Origin: an uncultured Thermoleophilia bacterium
GTDB taxonomy: Bacteria > Actinomycetota > Thermoleophilia > Gaiellales > Gaiellaceae
DNA length: 64,000 nucleotides
Reading direction: 5' to 3'
Assembly (NCBI GenBank): GCA_963817375.1
Contig: CAWFOB010000006.1
Span: forward strand, 285,208-349,207
The translations under genes and the position numbers were made by a program. The notes beneath the pieces are model-generated. The model was not told where the DNA came from. It saw only the letters and a program-made list of their open reading frames with translations, and searched no databases. This document shows positions 7,973 through 16,973 of this stretch, piece after piece (the stretch's first letter is position 1; the number at the start of each line of letters is the position of its first letter).

Positions 7973-9381
7973 CGCGGCGCCTCATGCTGCTGGCGGCGGT
8001 CGCCGTCCTGGTTCTCCCGGCCGGCGCATTCGCGGCCGACACGTTCGTCGTCGTCCCCGAAACGCTCGCCCCCGCGACCGCGCTGCCAAGCGCCCTGGCG
8101 CCGAATGCGCCCGGCGAGATCGCGGTCGACCAGAGCTTCACCACCCGCCCGCTGTGGGTCGAGCAGCTGCCGGTCGACCAGCTCCAGCCGATCTGGGAGC
8201 GCGCCGGCGCCGCCTACGGCGTGCCGTGGCAGGCGCTCGCCGCGATCAACAAGATCGAGACCGACTTCGGTAACAACATGGGCCCGAGCTCGGCCGGTGC
8301 CGTCGGCTGGATGCAGTTCATGCCGGACACCTGGCTGCGCTGGGGCGTCGACGCCAACGGCGACGGCGTCGCCGACCCGTGGAGTGCCGAGGACGCGATC
8401 TTCGCCGCGGCGCGGTATCTGGCCGCGTCCGGCGCGGCGACCGACCTTCCGCACGCGCTCTATTCCTACAACCACGCCGACTGGTACGTGAACGAGGTCC
8501 TCGCGTTGACGTCGCTGTACGGCGGCGGCACGACCCCGAGTGCCACGTCCGGCTTCGCGCCGGCGCCCGTCGACGTGTCGGCGCTGGTGGACCAGGTGAA
8601 CGCCACGCGCGACGCACTGGCCTCGGCGCGCGCCGCCGAGCGGCGCCTGGCCCCGGCGGTCGAGTCGGCCCAGGCCACATTGACACACACGTCGCTTCTG
8701 TCCGATCAGCTGGCCGCCGAGAAGCGGCTGACGATCGTGGGCGTGCGCTACGACCGCGCACATGCCCTCACGCGCCGTCTCGAGCAGCAGCTCGCCGACG
8801 CACGGAGCGGGCTCGCGGACGCACGGTCCTCCGTCGCGGCAACCACGTCGGTGCCATTCGGGGGAGTGCCGGGAATCGCCACGTCCGACCTGTTCGGCGC
8901 GCCCGCGGCCGCGTACGCGGCCCCGGAGGCGGATGGGCCGGCCGGCGGAGCGCTGCGCTTCGCAGTCGGCAAGCTCGGGACGCCGTACGAATGGGGTGCC
9001 GAAGGCCCGTTTACCTACGACTGCTCGGGCCTCGTGCAGGCGGCATACGCCAGCGCGGGCATCTCGCTGCCGCGCGTGGCGCAGGAGCAGTTCGATGCCG
9101 GCCCGCGGGTGCCGCCGAGTGAGCCGCTCCAGCCCGGCGACCTCGTCTTCTTCGGGAGCGACGCCGCGCACATCGTCCATGTCGGGATGGTGAGCAGCGC
9201 CGGGCTGATGGTCGACGCGCCCTACACCGGGACGGTCGTCCGGTTCGACACCTACCTGCGCGCCGGGTACGTCGGCGCCACCCGCCCGGCGGCCACCGCC
9301 GCGGACCAGGTCATCGAGTTCTCGGCCTCGCAGCCGGAGTCACCCGCTGCGGGCGAGATCCTCTTCACCAAAAACCCTTAA
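7969..9381 (+). CDS. Secreted peptidoglycan hydrolase: lytic transglycosylase (SLT-type) domain plus C-terminal NlpC/P60 endopeptidase
   Basis: GTG 7969 overlaps the pilT stop (GTGA). Signal-like MTRRLMLLAAVAVLVLPAGAFA. SLT-type GAVGWMQFMPDTWLRWGVDANGDG...AARYL. NlpC/P60 GTPYEWGAEGPFTYDCSGLVQAAY...GDLVFF...HVGMV. Confidence 0.85.
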   Translation: MTRRLMLLAAVAVLVLPAGAFAADTFVVVPETLAPATALPSALAPNAPGEIAVDQSFTTRPLWVEQLPVDQLQPIWERAGAAYGVPWQALAAINKIETDFGNNMGPSSAGAVGWMQFMPDTWLRWGVDANGDGVADPWSAEDAIFAAARYLAASGAATDLPHALYSYNHADWYVNEVLALTSLYGGGTTPSATSGFAPAPVDVSALVDQVNATRDALASARAAERRLAPAVESAQATLTHTSLLSDQLAAEKRLTIVGVRYDRAHALTRRLEQQLADARSGLADARSSVAATTSVPFGGVPGIATSDLFGAPAAAYAAPEADGPAGGALRFAVGKLGTPYEWGAEGPFTYDCSGLVQAAYASAGISLPRVAQEQFDAGPRVPPSEPLQPGDLVFFGSDAAHIVHVGMVSSAGLMVDAPYTGTVVRFDTYLRAGYVGATRPAATAADQVIEFSASQPESPAAGEILFTKNP

Positions 9382-9415
9382 GGACGGGCGACTCCCTGCC
9401 GAAAAGGAGGAGGGT

Positions 9416-10282
9416 ATGGCGGCCAAGCTCACACCGATCGTCCTGCGTCTCGCGATCCCGGCGGTCGTCGTCGTCCTGTCAACGGCGGCGATCTCCTTCG
9501 CGGCCGCCGGTGGCAGCACGCCGCGCCCCGTCGCGGCGGCGCCGGCCGCCCGCCCGGTCGTTCGCGTCCCGGACGTCACCGGCCAGGTCTTCGTCTTCGC
9601 CAAGGGGATGCTCGAAGACGCCGGGTTCGCCTGGCGCGTCCAGGGCTCCATCGGCGGCTATGCGGCCAACGTCGTAACCTCGCAGTACCCCAGCGCGGGC
9701 ACCCGCGTCGTGGACGACGGCATGCCGACTGTCCGCGTCACGCTCACCGCGAGCCGCAGCTACCCGCAGCGGGGCGAGCCCGAGAACACCTCGCCCTACA
9801 CGGGCAGCGCGATCGTCCTGCCCACGGCCAAGCCGGTGATCAAGAAGCCGGTGGTCAAGAAGCCGGTGGTCAAGAAGCCGGTGGTCAAGAAGCCGGTCGT
9901 CAAGAAGCCGGTCAAGAAGCCCGTGGTCAAGAAGCCCGTGGTCAAGCGGCCGGTCGTCACGCCGGCGCAGCGCCCCCCGGCGTTCGTCGTCCCCGGCGCG
10001 CCGAAGGAGCCGCTCGACGAGATCACGCTGACGGCGCGCGCCGACGAGCTGAGCGCGTGGGTCCAGGCGCATCCCACCAAGACCGACGCCAACGTCAACC
10101 ACTGGCTCTACCAGCACGCCTGGATCGTGACCGGCGCGAACTTCGGCTGGTACCACGGCGACCAGGCACTGAAGAAGCTCGTTGTCGTCGACAATCGCGT
10201 CATCGATCTCTGGGGTGTCGGCTCGCGCAGCCGCGCAGTCGCCACCCGCGCCCTCAGGGGGGTCGAGGCAAAGGCGCGGTGA
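9416..10282 (+). CDS. Membrane-anchored PASTA-domain protein with (KKPVV)n linker
   Basis: TM helix LRLAIPAVVVVLSTAAISFAAA. PASTA-like VRVPDVTGQVFVFAKGMLEDAGFAWRVQGS...VVTSQYPSAGTRV. Lys/Pro/Val pentapeptide repeats. The C-terminal domain is unassigned. Confidence 0.7.
   Translation: MAAKLTPIVLRLAIPAVVVVLSTAAISFAAAGGSTPRPVAAAPAARPVVRVPDVTGQVFVFAKGMLEDAGFAWRVQGSIGGYAANVVTSQYPSAGTRVVDDGMPTVRVTLTASRSYPQRGEPENTSPYTGSAIVLPTAKPVIKKPVVKKPVVKKPVVKKPVVKKPVKKPVVKKPVVKRPVVTPAQRPPAFVVPGAPKEPLDEITLTARADELSAWVQAHPTKTDANVNHWLYQHAWIVTGANFGWYHGDQALKKLVVVDNRVIDLWGVGSRSRAVATRALRGVEAKAR
9830..9958 (+). repeat. In-frame 15-bp tandem repeat (aagaagccggtggtc, about 8 units, one 12-bp unit) encoding KKPVV
   Basis: Read directly from lines 9781-9960. 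Units differ only at synonymous or near-synonymous positions. Confidence 0.9.
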
Positions 10283-10851
10283 GAGGCGTGCGTGCGTTGA
10301 GGCAGCGCCTCCGTAAGCAGGGCGGCTATTCGCTCGTCGAGCTCCTCGTCACGATGTCGATCCTCGGCCTCGTGATGGCCGGCCTGACGCAGCTCTTCAC
10401 GTCGGGCATCAAGGCCGAGGCGGAGGCGACCTTCCGCTTTCAGGCACAGTCTGAGGCCCGCGGGGCCCTGTCATACCTCCGGCGTGAGGCGCACTGTGCC
10501 GACAGCGCCGCCGTCGCGACCTCCGGCTCGGCGCCGAACCAGGTCCAGACGCTGACGCTGACCCTTCCGTCCGGCTGCGCGACGGGCAGCGGCACCGTCA
10601 CGTGGTGCACCGTCGGCTCGTCCTACCGCTTCAAGCTGTACCGCAAGGTCTCCGCGACCTGTGACAGCGCGGGCAAGCAGTACGCCGACTACCTGACGTC
10701 CGGCGTCCCCTTCACCTACACCGCGCCGTCGCCAACCGCGCTCGGCTCGATCGGCGTCGACTTCTCCGTGGACCCGAACAGCCAGGCGGTGAGCCCGAAC
10801 GCCTACCGCCTTCAGGACAGCCTCGTGCTCCGAAACACGGTGCGCGCATGA
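10279..10851 (+). CDS. Prepilin-type minor pilin (PilW/GspJ-like)
   Basis: GTG 10279 overlaps the upstream TGA. Class III signal ...RKQGG|YSLVELLVTMSILGLVMAGL with Glu at +5. Confidence 0.8.
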   Translation: MRGVRALRQRLRKQGGYSLVELLVTMSILGLVMAGLTQLFTSGIKAEAEATFRFQAQSEARGALSYLRREAHCADSAAVATSGSAPNQVQTLTLTLPSGCATGSGTVTWCTVGSSYRFKLYRKVSATCDSAGKQYADYLTSGVPFTYTAPSPTALGSIGVDFSVDPNSQAVSPNAYRLQDSLVLRNTVRA

Positions 10852-12224
10852 CGACCGTCCGGCAGTTCTTCGCGCGGCCCGCGTTCGCGGCCGACGGTTA
10901 CGCCCTGCCGATGGCGATCGGCACGATGATGATTCTCACGATCATCGCCGGGGTCCTGATGGTCCTGAGCGGCGCCAACCAGGCCGCGACGTCGCGGGCG
11001 TCCGGCGACGCCACCGCGCTGGCGCTGGCGGAAGACGGCCTCAACAACGCGCTCGCGGTCCTCGCTGCGGCGGACGCTCCGCTCAGCCCGACGGCCATCC
11101 AGCCGGGGTCCCAGGCGCGCGACGACGGGACGGCCGCGTACGACGCCTCGCTCTCCGGCTCGACGTGGACGATCACCGGCACCGGAACGGCCCCGTCGAC
11201 GACGGCCGGCACCGGCGACATCGTTCGGACGGCGTCCGTCCAGGTCGTGGTGACGACGGACGGCACGACGTGGCAGTACCTCTTCGCCGACGACCAGGCG
11301 GGATGCCTGACCGTCCCCGCGGGTGCGACGGTGGCCACGCCCATCTACGCGCGCGGGAACCTCTGTCTCGGCGCCAACGCCGGGGTCGTCGGCGCGCCCG
11401 TCCAGGTGGACGGCACGGTGACGCTCGGCCCCGGGGCGTCGATCGGGACGGCTGGGACGCCGGTCGCCGAGGCCGACCTCGCCGGCGGCTGCACAGGTGG
11501 CGCCCCGGACCCGCATCCGTGCAGCGCCGCCGACGGCGTCTACGCAACGTCGCTCACCCAGACGACGGCCGGGCTGACCAAACCGGCCGTCGACCTCAGC
11601 GGCTGGTACGCCAACGCCAAGCCCGGCCCGAGCAACGCGTGCACGTCCGGCAATGTCCCCGGCGACTTCGACGACGACACGGCGCTCAACCGCAGCCGCG
11701 CGACGTTCGACCCGACGAGCGGCGCCGCCTACGATTGCCAGTACTGGGCCGGCGGCAAGCTCCTGGGCCGGCTCGCGTGGAGCCCGGCGACGAACACGCT
11801 CACCGCGCTCGGCACGATCTTCTTCGACGGCCCCGTCACGTTCGCCGGCGACGCCACGTACAGCGGGCGGGCCACGATCTACTCCTCGTCCACGATCACG
11901 ATCGGCGGCGGCGTGCACGTCTGCGGCGTCCCCGCCTGCGACGCGACGTGGGACCCAGGCACGAACCTGCTGGTGCTCGTCGCCGGCGATCCGGCGGCCA
12001 CGTACGGCGCCGACCTCGGCAACGACGCTGTTTTCCAGGGCGCCGTCTACGCGGTCACGGACTACCGGGCCGGCACGGACACGCAGAACTGGGGCCCGGT
12101 CATCGCTCGGCAGCTCTCACTCAACGACGACGTGGGCCAGGCGATCCCGCTTGGCTCGCTTCCGCCCGGCGCCCCCGGAGCGGCTTCCACCATCCACACG
12201 GTTTCCGGCACCTGGAGGGGCTGA
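10848..12224 (+). CDS. PilX_N-like pseudo-prepilin protein, 458 aa (paralogue 1)
   Basis: ATGA overlap with the upstream gene. N-terminus ...AADGYALPMAIGTMMILTIIAGVLMVLSG. The C-terminal module is shared with the next two ORFs (DGVYAT...TKPAVD..WYANAKPGP..CTSG...YDCQYW...GTIFFDG...). Confidence 0.7.
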   Translation: MTTVRQFFARPAFAADGYALPMAIGTMMILTIIAGVLMVLSGANQAATSRASGDATALALAEDGLNNALAVLAAADAPLSPTAIQPGSQARDDGTAAYDASLSGSTWTITGTGTAPSTTAGTGDIVRTASVQVVVTTDGTTWQYLFADDQAGCLTVPAGATVATPIYARGNLCLGANAGVVGAPVQVDGTVTLGPGASIGTAGTPVAEADLAGGCTGGAPDPHPCSAADGVYATSLTQTTAGLTKPAVDLSGWYANAKPGPSNACTSGNVPGDFDDDTALNRSRATFDPTSGAAYDCQYWAGGKLLGRLAWSPATNTLTALGTIFFDGPVTFAGDATYSGRATIYSSSTITIGGGVHVCGVPACDATWDPGTNLLVLVAGDPAATYGADLGNDAVFQGAVYAVTDYRAGTDTQNWGPVIARQLSLNDDVGQAIPLGSLPPGAPGAASTIHTVSGTWRG

Positions 12225-12228
12225 GGAC

Positions 12229-14190
12229 ATGAACAAGCTACTGAGAAGGCTTCGAGGGGAAGACGGGCAGGCGCTCGTGATGGTCATCGTCATGATCATC
12301 ACGCTCTCCGTCACGACCGTCACGGTCGTCGAGTTGACAGGCGCCGGGTCACGGAGCGGAAAGCGCGACGCGGCCAATAGCAGCGCATACGACCTGGCGG
12401 AAGCCGGGCTCGCCACCGCGTTCTCGAAGCTCTCGGCAGCGGCCGACCCGACCGTCAGCACGCTGCTGCCAAGCACGGTGGTGAACATGAACGGGGGCAC
12501 CGTCACCTACTCGGGCACCTACTCGCAGCCCACCTGGTCGATCACCTCGACCGGGTCGATCAAGAACCCGTCCGACCCGACGGGCGGCGCGGTCAAGCGC
12601 ACGCTCACGGAGACGGCGACGCTGAACCCGTTGGTCCCGGGCGCGACCGTGGCGGCGTGGGACCGCGTCTTCCAGGCCTTGCCCGGCTGTCTGAACATCC
12701 CCGACACCGTCCACATCCCCGCGTCGGTGGGGGCAAAGGGCGACATCTGCCTGCACGGCGACGCGACCATCACGGGCGCGAGCTCGAACGTCGAGGCGGG
12801 CGGGAACGTCGTCATGGACGGCACCCCGTCGTCCAACCAGCCTCAGGACCCGGCAACCGCGTCGGGCTGGACGACCAGCACCAACGTGTACACGAGCAAC
12901 AACACCTACGCGACCAACTCGGTCGCGAAGAGCTCGAACGGCGCGTATCTGACGGTGACCAACTGGGGCTTCACCATCCCGGCCGGCGCGACCATCCTCG
13001 GGATCCAGCTCAACATCGAACACAAGGCCTCGGCGACGAGCTCCCTGAAGGACGAAACGGTCCAGCTGCTGAAGGCAGGCACTGCAACCGGCGCCAACAA
13101 GGCGGTGACCGGCACGCTCTGGGGCACGACGGACACGACCGTCGGCTACGGCGCTGCGAACGACCTCTGGTCGGCCGCGTGGACGCCGACGGACATCAAC
13201 GCGAGCACGTTCGGCGTGCGCCTCCGGGTCGCCAACGCGAACAGCTCGAGCTCCCGCACCGCCAGCGTCGATTACGTGAACATGACCGTGACCTACCAGA
13301 CGGTGAGCGCGGTGATCGGGACGTCGGGGACGCCGGTCAACAGCGTCCAGGTCGGCGGAAAGTGCCAGTACGGGTCGATGCCTCAGCACACGCCCTGCAG
13401 CTCGTCGGACGGCGTCTACGCAACGACGGTCGGCACGTCGCCGCCAGACCTGACCAAGCCGTCGATCGACTTCGCCTACTGGTACGCGAACGCGAAGCCG
13501 GGCCCGATGCACAACTGCACGAGCGGAAGCTTCCCGCGCGGCTTCGACAACAACGGCGTCTATGACAACAGCCTCCCGTCGTCGAACGACAGCTTGGAGG
13601 GCGACATGACCCCGCATAGCTCGAGCTACGACTGCCAGTACTGGGAGAACGGCCAGATGGTGGGGCAGATCGCCTGGGACCACGTGTCCCACGTGATGAA
13701 GATCAAGGGGACGATCTTCATCGACGGCGACGTTCGCTGGGACGAGGACGGAGCGGTCAGCGACTACCAGGGCCGCGGGATCATCTACTCCGCCGGCGAC
13801 ACCGAGTTCGACGAGGTCGTCTGCGCCGGCGGAAACGGGACGAACGATTGCTACACGGGCAACATGAGCGCCTGGGACCCGAACCAGAACATGTTGATCA
13901 TCGTCGCCGGCGGGTCGGCCGAGTACGACCAGGGCGCCACCTGCTGCCCGTTCCTGCCCGGCGCGTTCCAGGGGGTGATGTGGGCGAAGGACACGTGCCA
14001 CATCCACCAGGACTTCCGCTCGAGCGGGCCGATCATCTGCGACACCGTCCTGATCGACGACGAGCAGGGCCCGTCCGACCCGACGTTCTATTCCTGGCCG
14101 CCGCTGCAGTCGCTGATCGCGGGCCAGATGTACGGGTCGTTCGGCAGCGCATCGGGCTACAGCCTGACCTTAGGAGGAGAGAAGGGGTGA
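12229..14190 (+). CDS. PilX_N-like pseudo-prepilin protein, 653 aa (paralogue 2)
   Basis: Internal ATG 12229 of ORF 11653..14190. N-terminus MNKLLRRLRGEDGQALVMVIVMIITLSVTTVTVVELTG. Alignable over its full length with 14190..16178. Confidence 0.7.
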   Translation: MNKLLRRLRGEDGQALVMVIVMIITLSVTTVTVVELTGAGSRSGKRDAANSSAYDLAEAGLATAFSKLSAAADPTVSTLLPSTVVNMNGGTVTYSGTYSQPTWSITSTGSIKNPSDPTGGAVKRTLTETATLNPLVPGATVAAWDRVFQALPGCLNIPDTVHIPASVGAKGDICLHGDATITGASSNVEAGGNVVMDGTPSSNQPQDPATASGWTTSTNVYTSNNTYATNSVAKSSNGAYLTVTNWGFTIPAGATILGIQLNIEHKASATSSLKDETVQLLKAGTATGANKAVTGTLWGTTDTTVGYGAANDLWSAAWTPTDINASTFGVRLRVANANSSSSRTASVDYVNMTVTYQTVSAVIGTSGTPVNSVQVGGKCQYGSMPQHTPCSSSDGVYATTVGTSPPDLTKPSIDFAYWYANAKPGPMHNCTSGSFPRGFDNNGVYDNSLPSSNDSLEGDMTPHSSSYDCQYWENGQMVGQIAWDHVSHVMKIKGTIFIDGDVRWDEDGAVSDYQGRGIIYSAGDTEFDEVVCAGGNGTNDCYTGNMSAWDPNQNMLIIVAGGSAEYDQGATCCPFLPGAFQGVMWAKDTCHIHQDFRSSGPIICDTVLIDDEQGPSDPTFYSWPPLQSLIAGQMYGSFGSASGYSLTLGGEKG

Positions 14191-16178
14191 TGAAGAGGCT
14201 GCTCCTGGAGAGACTCGCCATGCGTTCGCATGTGGGCTTCGCCCTCATGCGTTCGCATCAGGGCTTTGCCCTCCCGATGGCGATCGGCGTGATGATGGTG
14301 CTCTCGATCACGACGGTCGCAGTCATCGAGTTGACAACGGCCGGCGCCCGTAGCGGCAAGCGCGACGCGGCGAACGGCTATGCGTACCAGCTGGCCGAGG
14401 CTGGGCTCGCGGCCGCGCTCTCCAAGCTCGACGCGGCGGCGGATCCGACCGTGTCGACGCTCCTCCCGAGCACGACGATGAACCTGGCCGGCGGCTCGGT
14501 CACCTTCTCCGGCAGCTACACGCAGCCCGACTGGACGATCACCGCGACCGGCACGTCGGCCAACCCGACGTCGAACGCCGGCTCCGTGCGCAGGACGGTG
14601 ACCCAGGTGGCGACGATCCAGCCGCTCGTGCCGGGCGCGACCGCCGCCGAATGGGACCGTGTCTTCCAGGCTTCGAACAGCTGTTTCACCATCCCCAGCG
14701 GCGTCCACGTGCCGAGCAACCTCACCGCCAAGGGCAGCATCTGCCTGCAGGGCAGCGCCACCATCACCGGCAGCTCGACCACCGTCGAGGCTGGTGGCAA
14801 CGTCACCCTGACCGGCGCCTCCGCGTCGTCGTCCTTCGGCGATCCGGCCGCCGCCACCGGCTGGACGAACAGCACGCGCGTCAGCTCGAGCAACGACTCC
14901 TACGCGACCGCGTCGATCGCGAAGAGCGCCAACAGCGCCTACCTGGACTCGACCAGCCTCGGGTTCTCGATCCCGAGCACGGCGACCATCCTGGGCATCC
15001 AGGTGCAGATCGAGCGCAAGGCCTCGAACACGAGCTCGATCGACGACGACACCGTGCAGCTGATCAAGGCCGGGACGGCGACGGGCGCGAACAAGGCGGC
15101 GTCCGGCTCGATGTGGGGGACGAGCGATGCGACGGTCAGCTACGGCAGCGGGTCAGACATGTGGTCGACGACCTGGACGCCGGCGCAGGTCAACGCGACC
15201 AACTTCGGCGTCCGCCTCCGCGCGACGAACAACAACACGTCCTCGTCTCGAACGGCGAGCGTCGACTACATCCGCGTCGACGTCACCTACGAGACCGTCA
15301 ACCCGCTGATCGGAACGTCCGGCACGCCGGTCGAGAGCGTCCAGGTGGCCGGCACGTGCAAGTACGGCTCCGCCACGGCGCACACGCCGTGCAGCTCAAC
15401 GGACGGCGTGTACGCCTCGTCGGTGACGACGAGCCCCACGGACCTCGTCAAGCCGTCGATCGACTTCAACTACTGGTATGCGAACGCGAAGCCCGGTCCG
15501 ATGCACAACTGCACGAGCGGAAGCTTCCCGGGCGGATTCGACAACAACTCGGTCTACGACAAGAGCCTGCCCGACTACGGCAACCAGAACGAGGACCTCG
15601 ACGTCACGCCGACGAACACGAGCTACGACTGCCAGTACGTCGAGAACGGCACGCTGATCGGGCGGATCGCCTGGAACCACGTCTCACACGTGATGACCAT
15701 CAAGGGGACGATCTTCATCGACGGCGACGTCCGCTGGGACAAGGACGGCCAGCTGACGAACTACAACGGGCGGGCGATCATCTACGCGGGCGGCGATACC
15801 GAGTTCGACGAGGTCGTGTGTGCCGGCGGGAGCGGCTCGTACAACTGCCGCAACGGCGACATGACCGCCTGGGATCCGAACGCGAACATGATGATCATCG
15901 TGGCCGGCGGCTCGGCCGAGTACGACCAGGGCGAGAACTACGACCCGGCGGCATTCCAGGGTGTGATGTGGGCGAAGGACACGTGCCACGTCCACCAGGA
16001 CTTCCGCTCGAGCGGGCCGATCATCTGCGACACCATCCTGATCGACAACGCCGAGGGCAACGGCCTGCCGACGTTCTACAGCTGGCCTCCGCTCCAGTCG
16101 CTCATCGCCGGGCAGATCTACGGCTCGTTCGGCAGCGCCTCGGATTACGCGCTCCTCCTGGGGCCGGAGCGGGGTTGA
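14190..16178 (+). CDS. PilX_N-like pseudo-prepilin protein, 662 aa (paralogue 3)
   Basis: ATG 14190 overlaps the upstream TGA. N-terminus ...HQGFALPMAIGVMMVLSITTVAVIELTT. Tandem paralogue of 12229..14190. Confidence 0.7.
   Translation: MKRLLLERLAMRSHVGFALMRSHQGFALPMAIGVMMVLSITTVAVIELTTAGARSGKRDAANGYAYQLAEAGLAAALSKLDAAADPTVSTLLPSTTMNLAGGSVTFSGSYTQPDWTITATGTSANPTSNAGSVRRTVTQVATIQPLVPGATAAEWDRVFQASNSCFTIPSGVHVPSNLTAKGSICLQGSATITGSSTTVEAGGNVTLTGASASSSFGDPAAATGWTNSTRVSSSNDSYATASIAKSANSAYLDSTSLGFSIPSTATILGIQVQIERKASNTSSIDDDTVQLIKAGTATGANKAASGSMWGTSDATVSYGSGSDMWSTTWTPAQVNATNFGVRLRATNNNTSSSRTASVDYIRVDVTYETVNPLIGTSGTPVESVQVAGTCKYGSATAHTPCSSTDGVYASSVTTSPTDLVKPSIDFNYWYANAKPGPMHNCTSGSFPGGFDNNSVYDKSLPDYGNQNEDLDVTPTNTSYDCQYVENGTLIGRIAWNHVSHVMTIKGTIFIDGDVRWDKDGQLTNYNGRAIIYAGGDTEFDEVVCAGGSGSYNCRNGDMTAWDPNANMMIIVAGGSAEYDQGENYDPAAFQGVMWAKDTCHVHQDFRSSGPIICDTILIDNAEGNGLPTFYSWPPLQSLIAGQIYGSFGSASDYALLLGPERG
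14220..14273 (+). repeat. 27-bp in-frame tandem duplication (MRSHVGFAL / MRSHQGFAL)
   Basis: atgcgttcgcatgtgggcttcgccctc is followed directly by atgcgttcgcatcagggctttgccctc. Confidence 0.9.
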
Positions 16179-16179
16179 C

Positions 16180-16926
16180 GTGGGAAACGTGATCGTCGCA
16201 ACGGCCTTCGCGCCTGCGCTCGCCATCGGCAGCTTCCTGAACGTCGTGGCCGCGCGCATGCCGCAGCGGGTTTCGCTCGTGGGCGGCCGCTCGGCCTGCC
16301 CGGCGTGCTCGGCGCAGATCGCCTGGTACGACAACATCCCGCTCGTCTCGTACGCCGTCCTGCGTGGCCGCTGCCGCTCGTGCGACGCGCGGATCAGCTG
16401 GCGCTACCCGGCGGTCGAGCTCGCCACCGCCGTCCTCGTCGTCGCGTGCCTGCTCGAGTTCGGGCTCACGGCGGACGCGCTCGTCGCGTCCTACTTCTGC
16501 GCGGCGCTGGTCGTGCTCTCTGCGATCGACATCGAGCACCAGATCCTCCCCGACCGGATCACGCTGCCGTCCGCGGCGATCGTGCTCGTGGCGCAGACCG
16601 CGCTGCATCCGAGCGTGGAGTGGATCGCCGGCGCGCTGGGCGCCTCGCTGTTCCTCTTCCTTGCGGTGCTCGCCTACCCGCGCGGCATGGGTTTGGGCGA
16701 CGTGAAGCTCGCGCTGCTGCTCGGGGCGATGCTCGGCCGCACGGTCCCGGTCGCCCTCATGCTCGGCATGCTGAGCGCGCTCGTGCCCTCGGTGGTGCTG
16801 CTCACGCGGCACGGCATGGCGGCGCGCAAGATGAAGATCCCGTTCGGCCCCTTCCTCGCCCTCGGCGGCGTGGTCGCCCTGTTCGCCGGCGGCCACCTCC
16901 TCGACCTCTACCTGACGACGCTGTGA
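16180..16926 (+). CDS. pilD: Prepilin peptidase (A24 family)
   Basis: FLNVVAARMP......CPACSAQIAWYDNIPLVSYAVLRGRCRSCDARISWRYPAVEL. Polytopic, with GDVKL and PFGPFLALG motifs. Confidence 0.9.
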   Translation: MGNVIVATAFAPALAIGSFLNVVAARMPQRVSLVGGRSACPACSAQIAWYDNIPLVSYAVLRGRCRSCDARISWRYPAVELATAVLVVACLLEFGLTADALVASYFCAALVVLSAIDIEHQILPDRITLPSAAIVLVAQTALHPSVEWIAGALGASLFLFLAVLAYPRGMGLGDVKLALLLGAMLGRTVPVALMLGMLSALVPSVVLLTRHGMAARKMKIPFGPFLALGGVVALFAGGHLLDLYLTTL

Positions 16927-16973
16927 GCAGCGCGGGACACGACGGCGTCCGCAATGCCACGTACGCTGGCGAG

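Noticed and set aside
9830-9958. The 15-bp tandem repeat as a non-coding VNTR or CRISPR-like array.
   Set aside because: It is in frame inside a well-supported ORF and encodes KKPVV pentapeptides. There are no spacers.
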